From contig CAJWLL010000004.1 in NCBI GenBank assembly GCA_913043275.1, positions 41,447 to 105,446 of the forward strand: DNA of 64,000 nt, given 5' to 3'. Shown piece after piece: positions 49,298 through 59,203 of this stretch (position 1 is its first letter; every line of letters begins with the position of its first letter). The position numbers and the translations under genes were made by a program. The notes below the pieces were generated by a model. The model did no database searches and was not told the origin of the DNA. It was given only the letters and a program-made list of their open reading frames with translations. Origin of the DNA: an uncultured Flavobacteriaceae bacterium (lineage in GTDB: Bacteria > Bacteroidota > Bacteroidia > Flavobacteriales > Flavobacteriaceae).

Positions 49298-50053
49298 ATG
49301 ACAAAAGTCGTATTGATCGGAGCGGGACATTTGGCCTTTCATTTTTACAGGCAACTGGAGGCATGTTGTAAAGTAAGTTTGACTCAGTGGTACAACAGAT
49401 CATTGGAAAAAATTGATTTTGCAAAAACAAATGTAGCGGTGACAAACCAGTTCTCTCAAATCAAAGATGCAGATTTGTATTTGATTTGTGTCAGTGACGA
49501 TGCTATTAAAAACGTGACTGAAAAAATTCAAACGGAGGGATTGATCGCTCATTGTGCAGGGGGGGTTCCACTAAGCAGAATTAGTAGCCCATCTAGAAAA
49601 GCTGTGTTTTACCCTTTACAAACATTTACAAAAGAACGAGATTTGAGTTTCGACAAGCTTCCTTTTTGTATCGAAACTTCAAATTCTAAAGATCAAAACC
49701 TCCTGAAGGATTTGGCTAAAGCCCTAGGAGGTTTTGCCTATGAGTTTGATAGTGAAAAAAGAGCACTAATACATTTGATTGCTGTATTTATAAATAATTT
49801 TGGTAATCAACTCCTCTTTTTGGGGAGTGAACTTTCAAAAAAAAACAATATCCCTTTCTATATGTTTAGTTCCTTGATAGAAGAAACTTATAAAAAAGCA
49901 CTGGATAATGGGCCTGAAAATTCACAATCAGGTCCTGCCTCGAGACGTGACCAAAAAACAATCGATAAACACTTGGAAATGCTCACAGATAAAAGTTTAA
50001 AAAAACTATACTTAAATTTAACCACTTCGATTCAAAAAAGAAATGAGCGATAA
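49298..50053 (+). CDS. Rossmann-like, DUF2520 domain-containing protein
   Basis: N-terminal VVLIGAGHLAFHF. The size and the position upstream of kdsC are typical of Flavobacteriia. Confidence 0.65.
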   Translation: MTKVVLIGAGHLAFHFYRQLEACCKVSLTQWYNRSLEKIDFAKTNVAVTNQFSQIKDADLYLICVSDDAIKNVTEKIQTEGLIAHCAGGVPLSRISSPSRKAVFYPLQTFTKERDLSFDKLPFCIETSNSKDQNLLKDLAKALGGFAYEFDSEKRALIHLIAVFINNFGNQLLFLGSELSKKNNIPFYMFSSLIEETYKKALDNGPENSQSGPASRRDQKTIDKHLEMLTDKSLKKLYLNLTTSIQKRNER

Positions 50054-50552
50054 GAACTACAAAATACTACTTAATAAGGTTACTGCTTTTGTCTTCGACG
50101 TGGATGGAGTGATGACCAATGGAAAAATTCTAATAACCTCTGAGGGGGAAATGTATCGAGAAATGAATACCCGGGATGGTTTTGCCCTCAAATATGCCTT
50201 ACTAAACGGCTATAAAATTGGAATTATTTCTGGGGGCACTAATGAAGGTGTAAGAAAAAGGCTCGAACTTCTGGGAGTCGATAAAGTCTATCTAGGTAAA
50301 CACGAAAAAGACGAAGTATTTGAAGATTTTATAAATACTTTCAACATCAATCCCAAAGAAGTACTCTATATGGGAGATGATGTGCTGGATCTGTCCGTAA
50401 TGGGAAAAGTAGGTGTGGCGACCTGTCCCCAAGATGCCGTCTCCGATGTCAAAAAAATTGCAGATTATGTATCCCATAAAAAAGGAGGAGATGGATGTGT
50501 AAGAGAGATAATAGAGCAAGTCATGAGAGTACAAAATAAATGGGTTTTTTAA
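50043..50552 (+). CDS. kdsC: KDO 8-phosphate phosphatase (HAD family, YrbI/KdsC)
   Basis: Motifs FVFDVDGVMTNGKI, RDGFALK, GIISGG and YMGDDVLD. Confidence 0.85.
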   Translation: MSDKNYKILLNKVTAFVFDVDGVMTNGKILITSEGEMYREMNTRDGFALKYALLNGYKIGIISGGTNEGVRKRLELLGVDKVYLGKHEKDEVFEDFINTFNINPKEVLYMGDDVLDLSVMGKVGVATCPQDAVSDVKKIADYVSHKKGGDGCVREIIEQVMRVQNKWVF

Positions 50553-50576
50553 AAAATTAAATCGGTAGTTAAAGTG

Positions 50577-51164
50577 ATGATTTCCCCTAATGATTATGAA
50601 ATTATTCTGGCTTCCAGCTCACCCAGAAGGCAGGATTTCTTCAAAAGTTTAAACATCCCCTTTACAATCAAAACCTATCCAGTTGATGAAGCCTTTCCCA
50701 CTGACCTTAAAGGAAAGAATATTCCTGAGTTTATTGTACGACAAAAAAACGCTCCTTTTGTCAACAAAATCCAAGTGCGACAAATTGTTATTACAGCAGA
50801 TACTATCGTTTGGTGTGAAAATAGGTATTTGGGAAAACCAAAAAACAAAAAATCAGCCAAAGAAATGTTGGAATTTCTTTCAGGTAAATCACATGAGGTA
50901 ATCACGTCTGTAGGCTTTCTCACAAGTCAAAAATTTGAAATGATAACCGAGACCACTAAAGTTTATTTCAAAGACTTAACCAATCAAGAAATCGATCATT
51001 ATATCGATGAGGCATCACCTTTAGACAAAGCCGGAGGCTATGGCATTCAGGATTGGATTGGAGCCATAGGGATTACCAATATCGAAGGCAGCTACACCAA
51101 TGTGGTGGGACTCCCGCTCGCTCAAGTAAAGGAAAAATTATCAATTTTGGTTCAGGAGGAATGA
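50577..51164 (+). CDS. maf: Maf-family nucleoside triphosphate pyrophosphatase
   Basis: Motifs ILASSSPRRQDFFKSL, TADTIV and GGYGIQDW. A GTG at 50574 immediately precedes the ATG. Confidence 0.85.
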   Translation: MISPNDYEIILASSSPRRQDFFKSLNIPFTIKTYPVDEAFPTDLKGKNIPEFIVRQKNAPFVNKIQVRQIVITADTIVWCENRYLGKPKNKKSAKEMLEFLSGKSHEVITSVGFLTSQKFEMITETTKVYFKDLTNQEIDHYIDEASPLDKAGGYGIQDWIGAIGITNIEGSYTNVVGLPLAQVKEKLSILVQEE

Positions 51165-51224
51165 GTCAACTGGATCAAAAATCGTATTTTGTGGAAGCAT
51201 AACCGACAATTGAATTCCAAAATA

Positions 51225-51232
51225 TAAATTTG
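51225..51232 (+). promoter_or_regulatory. Candidate -7 box TAAATTTG
   Basis: Matches TAnnTTTG, 27 nt upstream of the ATG at 51259. Confidence 0.3.
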
Positions 51233-51258
51233 ACTCCCTATAGCTACTCCAGCACAAC

Positions 51259-53733
51259 ATGAAACTTCGCAGTTGCTTTATTTCCTTCCAAACCAGATTA
51301 CCAAAACCTTTTATTCTTTTATTATTACTATTGTTTTGGCTAAATTCAGTAGGTGCGCAATCCTCCTCCGAAATCTACAAACAATTAAAAAAGCTGAATT
51401 TTTTGGGATCTGTACTCTATGTCGCTGCCCATCCCGACGATGAGAACACCCGAGTGATCTCCTATTTTTCAAATCATGTTTTGGCCCGAACGGCATACCT
51501 GTCAATGACCCGGGGTGATGGAGGTCAAAACCTCATCGGAGCGGAACTTCGTGAGGCACTGGGATTGATTCGAACACAAGAACTCTTGGCGGCCCGGAAA
51601 ATCGATGGAGGGACGCAGTTTTTTACCATGGCCAATGATTTTGGATATTCTAAAAATCCGAAAGAAACACTCTCCATTTGGGATAAAGATCAGGTTTTGG
51701 TGCAAACCATTGCCCGAATTCAAGAATTCAAACCCGATATCATCATCAATCGTTTCCACAGTCAAAGTACGGGCAGAACACACGGACACCATACCGCATC
51801 GGCCATGATCAGTGAATGGGCTTTTGAACAATTGCATGCCGATCAAACTGCATGGCACCCCCAACGCCTGTTCCACAACACCTCATGGTATTTTTATGGC
51901 AGCAGGGAAAATTTTGAAAAAGCCAACAAACAAGGCATGCTGGCCATTGACATGGGCGTTTTTGATCCCCTATCCGGAAAAACCAATTCAGAAATTGCCG
52001 CATTGAGTAGAAGCCAGCACAAGTCGCAGGGCTTTGGCAGTGCTGCAGCCCTCGGGGAAAGAATGGAATACTTGGAATTGGTCAAGGGAAAAGAACTGAC
52101 CCGAAATGACCCTTTCGATGGTATCGATAACCAATGGACAAGAGTAAAAGGGGGGGCTCCTATCGGAAAAGCCATTGAAAAAATCATTGATGATTTTGAT
52201 TTCTCTGCCCCCTACAAAAGTGTGGTTCCATTACTTGAAGTCAAAGCAATGATCTTAGAACTACAGAACGAACATTGGAAAAGTGTCAAAAAAGATGAAG
52301 TCGATACCCTTATTCTAAACTGCTTGGGAATGGAACTTCAGCTCAATGCAAATATGCCTTATGGCGTTTTGGGAGAAAATCTCCAAATAAAACTTTTGGT
52401 AAACAATCCCAGTCCCCTATCTGTAAGTTTAAATCAAATAAAATGGAAAGACCAATCTTATGATTTAAATAAAAGCCTTAATACCAACCTGCTTTTCAGC
52501 AAAAGTTTTTACACCAAAATCAATGGCACGATCAGCAGCCCTTACTGGCTTACCCAAAAAGGAAGTCAAGGAATGTATACTAGCAACAAGAAACAATGGA
52601 TTGGGGATGCGGAAAACCCTCCAGCATACCTTGCTGAACTTACCTTTTCCATTCAGGGCAAGAAGTTAAAAACCTGTATACCACTTAAATTCAGAAGAAC
52701 TGATCCAGTAAAAGGAGAAGTGGTTACATCATTTCACATCCTCCCGGAGGCCGGTCTGCAACTCGAAGCCCAAGTCATTCTTTTCGCCACCAACCAAAGT
52801 CGAAAAGTAAAGGTAAGTGTCAAAAACCTCGGCCCTACCCTGGCGGGAACACTCAAGTTGGAAACCCCAAAATCGTGGGAATTGAGTCCCAAATCCATTC
52901 AAGTTGCTATAACAGGTAAAGGAAATCAAAGCGATTTTTATTTTAACATCAAAGCGCCTTTAGAAACTACCGTAGGATACTTGAAACCCTTACTGCAAAC
53001 CCCAACAAAAAAACTTCAAGCCTCCCTTAAAGAGATCGCTTACAACCATATCCCCAAACAATATCTGGTTTCCCCTGCCCAATCCAAAGTGGTGGCTTTA
53101 AATTTAAAAACAGGAGTAGAAAAAGTAGCCTATATCGAAGGTGCCGGAGACAACATCCCACAAAGTTTATCTGCCTTAGGGGTCAAAGTAGAAATGTTAA
53201 AAGCCAAAGATATAACCCTCAAAAAATTGAACCCTTTTGATGCGGTGATCGTTGGGATCAGGGCCTTCAATGTTAAAGAGGCTTTAGCTAATAAAAACAA
53301 AATCCTATGGGAATATGTCGCAGCCGGGGGAAACCTCTTGATACAATACAATACAAGTAGAAGATTAAAAACCAATGAGCTGGCTCCCCTGAGTTTAAAC
53401 CTCTCCAGAGATCGTGTGTCTAATGAAAGTGCCGACGTGCAAATCATTAATCCAAAACACCCGATTTTGAATCACCCTAATAAGATTACAGCTCAGGATT
53501 TTGACGGTTGGGTTCAAGAAAGAGGCTTGTACTTTCCCAATCAATGGGATGAGCAATTCATCCCTCTTTTACAAATGAATGATGCCGGAGAGTCACCAAA
53601 AAAAGGAGCGCTGCTGGTTGCAAATTATGGCAAAGGAAGGGTGGTTTATACCGGGTTGAGCTTCTTCCGCCAATTGCCGGCAGGAGTTCCCGGAGCTTAC
53701 CGTTTGTTCTTTAACCTCATCGCAATACCATGA
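51259..53733 (+). CDS. Large PIG-L/LmbE-family deacetylase
   Basis: Motif LYVAAHPDDENTRVISY near the N-terminus, followed by a long C-terminal extension. Confidence 0.8.
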   Translation: MKLRSCFISFQTRLPKPFILLLLLLFWLNSVGAQSSSEIYKQLKKLNFLGSVLYVAAHPDDENTRVISYFSNHVLARTAYLSMTRGDGGQNLIGAELREALGLIRTQELLAARKIDGGTQFFTMANDFGYSKNPKETLSIWDKDQVLVQTIARIQEFKPDIIINRFHSQSTGRTHGHHTASAMISEWAFEQLHADQTAWHPQRLFHNTSWYFYGSRENFEKANKQGMLAIDMGVFDPLSGKTNSEIAALSRSQHKSQGFGSAAALGERMEYLELVKGKELTRNDPFDGIDNQWTRVKGGAPIGKAIEKIIDDFDFSAPYKSVVPLLEVKAMILELQNEHWKSVKKDEVDTLILNCLGMELQLNANMPYGVLGENLQIKLLVNNPSPLSVSLNQIKWKDQSYDLNKSLNTNLLFSKSFYTKINGTISSPYWLTQKGSQGMYTSNKKQWIGDAENPPAYLAELTFSIQGKKLKTCIPLKFRRTDPVKGEVVTSFHILPEAGLQLEAQVILFATNQSRKVKVSVKNLGPTLAGTLKLETPKSWELSPKSIQVAITGKGNQSDFYFNIKAPLETTVGYLKPLLQTPTKKLQASLKEIAYNHIPKQYLVSPAQSKVVALNLKTGVEKVAYIEGAGDNIPQSLSALGVKVEMLKAKDITLKKLNPFDAVIVGIRAFNVKEALANKNKILWEYVAAGGNLLIQYNTSRRLKTNELAPLSLNLSRDRVSNESADVQIINPKHPILNHPNKITAQDFDGWVQERGLYFPNQWDEQFIPLLQMNDAGESPKKGALLVANYGKGRVVYTGLSFFRQLPAGVPGAYRLFFNLIAIP

Positions 53734-53825
53734 AAAAAGAACTTCAAAAGGTATATTGGATACTGCTGTTGACACAATTGTTTTTTTGGGGCTTTTTCTA
53801 CTTGTTTATGAAAAATTTTAGTTGA
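53730..53825 (+). CDS. Possible 31-aa hydrophobic micro-protein (MKKELQKVYWILLLTQLFFWGFFYLFMKNFS)
   Basis: My own translation. The ATG overlaps the PIG-L stop (ATGA). Its TGA shares a base with the symporter ATG at 53825. It contains one predicted TM helix. Confidence 0.35.
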   Translation: MKKELQKVYWILLLTQLFFWGFFYLFMKNFS

Positions 53826-55483
53826 TGGAACTAATCGACTGGGCGGTATTGAGCCTCACCTTGACGTTTATTATTGTTTATGGGGTTTGGAAGAACAACG
53901 CTCACAAAAACATCAAAGACTATATTAAGGGTGGGAATCAGGCTTCGTGGTTTACCGTTGGGCTTTCTGTCATGGCCACACAAGCCAGTGCCATTACCTT
54001 TTTGTCCACCCCCGGACAAGCTTTCAATGATGGGATGGGCTTTGTACAATTTTATTTTGGATTGCCTTTTGCCATGGTCATCATCTGCTTGTTTTTCTTA
54101 CCCGTCTATCACAAACTAAAAGTCTATACGGCCTACGAGTTTTTGGAAAAACGTTTTGACCTTAAAACCCGAACCCTAACCGCCATTTTGTTCCTCATTC
54201 AAAGGGGCTTGGCAGCCGGGATCACAATCTACGCCCCAGCCATCATTTTGAGTGTAGTATTGGGCTGGAATCATAAACTACTGGTGGTCGTAATCGGTTT
54301 GTTGGTAGTGTTTTATACGCTGATCGGTGGGACGCAGACTGTTAATATCACCCAAAAACAACAGATGTTCATAATCTTCTCGGGTATGATAGCCGCCTTT
54401 ATTTTTATTGTAAAAGGGCTCCCCGAAACGCTTTCTTTCTCCAATGCCCTTCGATTGGCGGGATTGAATGATAAAATGAATGTCCTCGACTTCAGTATAG
54501 ACCCCAAAAATCGCTATACCTTCTGGAGTGGGATCACAGGAGGCCTGTTTTTGGCCCTGTCCTACTTCGGAACGGATCAAAGCCAGGTGCAACGCTACCT
54601 CTCCGGAAAATCACTGGCCGAAAGCCAAAGGGGTTTGATTATGAATGGATTTTTAAAAATCCCTATGCAGTTTTTTATACTACTGATCGGAGTCTTGGTC
54701 TTTGTCTTTTTCCAATTTGAAAATGCACCACTCCATTTTAACCCTTATGCGGTGGAAAAAGTAAAATCCACCCCCGGAGGGAACAAGTTTGAAGCACTTG
54801 AAATCGCCAACGACATCATTTACCAAGAAAAACAAGAACAACTCCAAAAAGAAGATTTTTTCTCTAATATAGGCTCCCAAGCCAAATACCTCCAATTGGA
54901 AAAACAAGCCCAAAGGAACCGGGCCGAAGCCAAAAAAATCATCGAAGCCAACCAACCTCAAGTCGAATCCAACGACAAGGATTATGTCTTTATCTATTTT
55001 ATTTTAAACTACCTGCCACAAGGCTTGATCGGGCTGCTTTTGGCGGTGATCCTATCGGCTGCCATGAGCTCGGCTGCCTCTGAGATCAACGCCCTCTCTG
55101 CGACAACGGTGGTTGACTTATATAAACGTTTCAATGGCACTGGGGACGAAAAGCATTACGTATGGGCAGGAAAAGGGTTTACCCTGCTTTGGGGTGCCAT
55201 TGCCATTGCATTTGCCCTGGTGGGGAATCTCTTCGAAAACCTGATCCAATTGGTCAACATCATCGGCTCCCTCTTTTACGGTACCATTCTGGGTATTTTC
55301 CTGATCGCAATATTTATAAAAAACATCAGGGCCAATGCAGTATTCTATGCTGCTATTTTGACCGAAATCATTGTGTTGATTGTCCATAGCCAAGAATGGG
55401 TAAGCTTCTTATGGCTCAATGTAATTGGGGCTTTACTTACCGTTTTGACGACTGTTATGATTCAACTTATCTTTAAGAAATAG
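53825..55483 (+). CDS. Sodium:solute symporter (SSF family)
   Basis: Polytopic membrane protein. Motif GGLFLALSYFGTDQSQVQRYLS. The ORF track start is the TTG at 53822. Confidence 0.85.
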   Translation: MELIDWAVLSLTLTFIIVYGVWKNNAHKNIKDYIKGGNQASWFTVGLSVMATQASAITFLSTPGQAFNDGMGFVQFYFGLPFAMVIICLFFLPVYHKLKVYTAYEFLEKRFDLKTRTLTAILFLIQRGLAAGITIYAPAIILSVVLGWNHKLLVVVIGLLVVFYTLIGGTQTVNITQKQQMFIIFSGMIAAFIFIVKGLPETLSFSNALRLAGLNDKMNVLDFSIDPKNRYTFWSGITGGLFLALSYFGTDQSQVQRYLSGKSLAESQRGLIMNGFLKIPMQFFILLIGVLVFVFFQFENAPLHFNPYAVEKVKSTPGGNKFEALEIANDIIYQEKQEQLQKEDFFSNIGSQAKYLQLEKQAQRNRAEAKKIIEANQPQVESNDKDYVFIYFILNYLPQGLIGLLLAVILSAAMSSAASEINALSATTVVDLYKRFNGTGDEKHYVWAGKGFTLLWGAIAIAFALVGNLFENLIQLVNIIGSLFYGTILGIFLIAIFIKNIRANAVFYAAILTEIIVLIVHSQEWVSFLWLNVIGALLTVLTTVMIQLIFKK

Positions 55484-55565
55484 ATTGATTTAATTTTAAG
55501 TATCCTTACCAAAATTTGCCAAATAAATTCAATTTTAACGATTGATTAAATCTGAATTATTGAAT

Positions 55566-55590
55566 AAAAAAACCCTCCTGTACGGAGGGG
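55566..55590 (-). terminator. Rho-independent terminator for the DUF2911/TPR gene
   Basis: Stem CCCTCC, loop tgtac, stem GGAGGG. A 7-A run on the plus strand gives a T-run on the minus strand. Confidence 0.65.
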
Positions 55591-55613
55591 CTGATCTGCA
55601 TCATTGAGAAATA

Positions 55614-56459
55614 CTATTTACTCCATTCGGCAATAGATGCCTTATTCATAATGACATAGTCTTTGTTACCGGCTTTTTCGGCCAGTTCCAATGATGTTTT
55701 AACGGCTTTTAGTGCAGCTTTTTTATTATTGCGTTTTGCCAGTATCAAGGCATATTGACGGTACATCCAATAGACGGGTTTTTCGCGCATGTCTAATGCT
55801 TTTTCCATCCATCCTTGGGCTTTTTTCAAGTCCTTGTTTTCTTCGAGATAGTATACCGCCGCTTGATAGTAATCCCCTGCTTTGGGCTCATCTGATAGGG
55901 TTTTCTCAATACTCTCCAACGCTTTGGTTTCAGTTGGAACTTTTAATGAAATCGGAACCAGTGTATGTTCCCATATAAGATTAAGTGTTCCACCGTTACT
56001 TTTTAAGTCAGAAAAAGAAATTGTAAAAGTCTCTACCATGGGTTCAAAATAAACCGGTTGAACAACCACAGTTAGTGCCACCTGATCTACTTCCCAATTA
56101 CTGGAAGCATTCCCCAAATTGTTTTTCTTGTAAAAATAAACCTCCCATTGATCAGCAGAGGGACGGGTATACAAAGCGTATTTCCCTGCGGCCAGGGGTC
56201 TACCCGCAACGTCCACAGCATCCGAAAAAGAAACACTGGTATTCTTATTGGCCCCTGTTCTCCAGATGTCGCCATAACGAACCAAACCTCCCATTATAGA
56301 TCTCCCACGAGCAGAAGGACGAGAGTAATCTACCTCAATTTGGGTCAACCCTACTTGTTGGGAAATATTTCCTTTAGGGCTCGGTGGAGGAGTTGTCACC
56401 TGAGCATATGCACCAAAAATCAAAAAATTAAAAAGCAAAAAGTAATAAGTGAATTTCAT
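55614..56459 (-). CDS. DUF2911 domain protein with a C-terminal TPR-like region
   Basis: Signal peptide present. Motif WRTGANKNTSVSF. The C-terminus is helical (YYQAAVYYLEENKDLKKAQGWMEKAL). Confidence 0.75.
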   Translation of the reverse strand: MKFTYYFLLFNFLIFGAYAQVTTPPPSPKGNISQQVGLTQIEVDYSRPSARGRSIMGGLVRYGDIWRTGANKNTSVSFSDAVDVAGRPLAAGKYALYTRPSADQWEVYFYKKNNLGNASSNWEVDQVALTVVVQPVYFEPMVETFTISFSDLKSNGGTLNLIWEHTLVPISLKVPTETKALESIEKTLSDEPKAGDYYQAAVYYLEENKDLKKAQGWMEKALDMREKPVYWMYRQYALILAKRNNKKAALKAVKTSLELAEKAGNKDYVIMNKASIAEWSK

Positions 56460-56528
56460 TATATATTTTCTTCAAATTTAATAAACCCTCTCTAAATAAA
56501 AATTCTTTATAAAATATTTATATGTTGT

Positions 56529-56568
56529 TTAATTATTTTTTAAAATAATTAAACAGTTTGTATATTTG
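56529..56568 (+). promoter_or_regulatory. Putative promoter/operator of the photolyase operon: 11-bp perfect inverted repeat plus -7 box
   Basis: TTAATTATTTT (56529-56539), spacer tt, AAAATAATTAA (56542-56552). TATATTTG lies at 56561-56568. A third AAAATAATT half-site lies at 56570-56578. The ATG is at 56583. Confidence 0.35.
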
Positions 56569-56582
56569 TAAAATAATTTAAT

Positions 56583-57050
56583 ATGAAATTATACCGTTTA
56601 CATGAGATTCAGAATTTGCCAATCAGCATGGAACAAGCCTGGAATTTTCTCAGTGACCCTAAAAACCTAAAAATCATAACCCCTGATTATATGGGATTTG
56701 AAATCCTAGGAGGGGAAAAAAAATTGATGTATCCAGGTCAGATTATCAAGTATATCGTGACCCCAGTAATGCGTATTCCCATCAAATGGGTAACTGAAAT
56801 CACTCATTTTAAAGAAGGCGAATATTTTGTTGATGAACAAAGGTTTGGCCCCTACGCTTTATGGCACCATAAACATTTTATACGCCCCATAGAGAATGGG
56901 ATAGAGATGGAAGATATTATTGACTATAAAATACCTTTTGGAATATTGGGCCAAATGGTTCACCCCATAGTGGTGAAACCTAAACTGAAAGAAATATTCG
57001 AATACCGAAAAAAAAAATTGACGGAATTATTCGGAAAATACAAAAAATGA
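56583..57050 (+). CDS. SRPBCC-superfamily protein (ligand-binding START/Bet v1-like fold)
   Basis: 155 aa. N-terminal LPISMEQAWNFLSDPKNL is typical of this superfamily. It is the first gene of the photolyase operon. Confidence 0.55.
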   Translation: MKLYRLHEIQNLPISMEQAWNFLSDPKNLKIITPDYMGFEILGGEKKLMYPGQIIKYIVTPVMRIPIKWVTEITHFKEGEYFVDEQRFGPYALWHHKHFIRPIENGIEMEDIIDYKIPFGILGQMVHPIVVKPKLKEIFEYRKKKLTELFGKYKK

Positions 57051-57051
57051 A

Positions 57052-57750
57052 ATGAGAAAAAATATCTTAATTGTAGGAGGGAGTTCAGGTATCGGCTTGT
57101 CCTTAGTAAAACAACTTCATGAAAAGCACAACCTCATTGTAGCTAATAGAACCGACAAGGGATTGAATGGTCTTTCAGTCACCTATGTTCCCTTCGATGC
57201 AGAAACTGATGAATTGGATATCTCCAATTTACCTGAAACCCTCCATGGGTTGGTTTATTGTCCGGGTACCATCAACCTCAGACCATTTAAAGGTCTAAGA
57301 CCGGAAGTCTTTTCCAGAGATTTTTCAATCAATGTGATGGGAGCGGTCAAGACCCTACAAACTGTTTTGGGACGATTACAAAACAGTGAAGTACCTGCCA
57401 GTGTGGTTTTTTTTAGCACAGTAGCTGTACAAACGGGTATGCCTTTTCACTCTTCGGTCGCCGCAGCAAAAGGAGCTTTGGAAGGATTGTCGCGTTCCTT
57501 GGCAGCAGAACTGGCCCCCAAAATCAGATTTAATGTCATCGCTCCTTCTCTGATAGATACACCTTTGGCTGAAAAATTTCTTAACAACGACACCAAAAAA
57601 AGCAATGCTGCGGCAAGACATCCCTTGCAAAGGATCGGAAGTTCCGAAGAAATAGCTCAAATGACAGCATTCTTATTAAACGATCACAGCAGCTGGATGA
57701 CTGCGCAAACCCTTACAATTGATGGTGGAATAGGAAATATAAAAAGTTAA
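57052..57750 (+). CDS. Short-chain dehydrogenase/reductase (SDR)
   Basis: Motif ILIVGGSSGIGLSL (TGxxxGxG-like). Y-x-x-x-K equivalent SSVAAAKGAL. It starts 1 nt after the previous stop. Confidence 0.85.
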   Translation: MRKNILIVGGSSGIGLSLVKQLHEKHNLIVANRTDKGLNGLSVTYVPFDAETDELDISNLPETLHGLVYCPGTINLRPFKGLRPEVFSRDFSINVMGAVKTLQTVLGRLQNSEVPASVVFFSTVAVQTGMPFHSSVAAAKGALEGLSRSLAAELAPKIRFNVIAPSLIDTPLAEKFLNNDTKKSNAAARHPLQRIGSSEEIAQMTAFLLNDHSSWMTAQTLTIDGGIGNIKS

Positions 57751-57755
57751 TTGTG

Positions 57756-59060
57756 ATGGAAAAGTTTACAATTTTTTGGCTTCGAAGAGACCTTAGATTG
57801 GAAGATAATAAAGGACTTTATCAAGCACTAAAAGGCCCCAATAAGGTAATCCCTGTTTTTATCTATGATACTAATATTATAGATAGGTTACAAAGAGATG
57901 ATCATAGATTAACATTCATACATAATGCCTTGGGCAGCATCAATAACGCTATGAAGAGGAACAGATGCTCGGTCGGAATTTATCGGGGCACTCCCAAGGC
58001 TATTTTTAATAAAATCATTCGAGAATTTCCCATCGAAAAAGTCATCACCAACCATGACTACGAAACTTATGCCATTGAACGTGATGAAGAAATTAGAAAG
58101 CTTTTAAAAGCAGAAAGCATCGACTTTTTCACCTACAAAGATCAGGTCATTTATGAAAAAAATGAAGTGATCAAAGACGATGGAAACCCCTATGTAGTCT
58201 ACACTCCCTACTACAGAAAGTGGATGGCTAAGTTCCGTCAAGAGGGGATAAAACACTATCCCTCGGAAGACCATTTAGATAACCTTTACAACGAAAAGCC
58301 ACTCCCTCAAATATCTCTTGATGAAATGGGTTTTGAGATTTCGAAGATGGTCCCAAAAGGTTTTGAATTTGATGAAGAACTGATTGATCAATATGAGGCA
58401 ACCCGAAATTTTCCGTCCAAAGACAGTACTTCTCGTTTGGGTGTCCACTTGCGTTTTGGTACCCAAAGCGTTAGGAAATTGGTCGCAAAAAGTGCTGAAA
58501 GAGAAAATACAACTTTTTTAAAGGAACTGATCTGGAGGGAATTCTTTATGCAAATTCTTTGGCATTATCCACATACAGAGGATCAGTGTTTCAAAAAGAA
58601 ATACGATCGAATCGAGTACCGCAATGACGAAAAAGAATTCGAAAAATGGTGTCAAGGAAAAACAGGCTACCCCCTAGTAGATGCAGGCATGAGACAACTC
58701 AATCAAACAGGTTTTATGCACAACCGGGTTAGGATGTTGGTCTCCAGCTTTTTGTGTAAGCACCTTCTGATCGACTGGAGATGGGGGGAAGCTTATTTTG
58801 CTAAAAAGCTGTTTGATTATGAAAAATCAAGTAATTTAGGAAACTGGCAGTGGGTCGCGGGATGCGGTGTGGATGCTGCACCCTATTTCAGAATCTTCAA
58901 TCCCCATGAGCAAGTCAAAAAATTTGACAAAAACCTCAACTATATCAATCAATGGGTTAAAGACATAAATGATCTCACTTATCCCGAACCCTTAGTAGAA
59001 CACAAATTTGCAAGAGAGCGCTGCTTAAAAGAATATAAAGCTGCACTCAACCCAGCATGA
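57756..59060 (+). CDS. phr: Class I-type CPD photolyase (deoxyribodipyrimidine photo-lyase)
   Basis: Motifs [47 protein letters not shown] and [25 protein letters not shown]. Confidence 0.85.
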   Translation: MEKFTIFWLRRDLRLEDNKGLYQALKGPNKVIPVFIYDTNIIDRLQRDDHRLTFIHNALGSINNAMKRNRCSVGIYRGTPKAIFNKIIREFPIEKVITNHDYETYAIERDEEIRKLLKAESIDFFTYKDQVIYEKNEVIKDDGNPYVVYTPYYRKWMAKFRQEGIKHYPSEDHLDNLYNEKPLPQISLDEMGFEISKMVPKGFEFDEELIDQYEATRNFPSKDSTSRLGVHLRFGTQSVRKLVAKSAERENTTFLKELIWREFFMQILWHYPHTEDQCFKKKYDRIEYRNDEKEFEKWCQGKTGYPLVDAGMRQLNQTGFMHNRVRMLVSSFLCKHLLIDWRWGEAYFAKKLFDYEKSSNLGNWQWVAGCGVDAAPYFRIFNPHEQVKKFDKNLNYINQWVKDINDLTYPEPLVEHKFARERCLKEYKAALNPA

Positions 59061-59203
59061 AAGCTGTAAAAAAACAGCACCTTCCCAATAAAGTCTGTCC
59101 GCAATGCGAACGACCTTTTTCTTGGAGAAAAAAATGGGAACGCGATTGGGAAAACGTCAAATATTGCAGTAAAAAATGTCAAAAACAGAAAACACAGCTT
59201 TAG
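59057..59203 (+). CDS. DUF2256 zinc-ribbon protein, 48 aa (not in ORF track)
   Basis: My translation is [48 protein letters not shown]. It forms an ATGA overlap with the phr stop. Its 3' end overlaps the Cry-DASH start by 28 nt. Confidence 0.7.
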   Translation: MKAVKKQHLPNKVCPQCERPFSWRKKWERDWENVKYCSKKCQKQKTQL

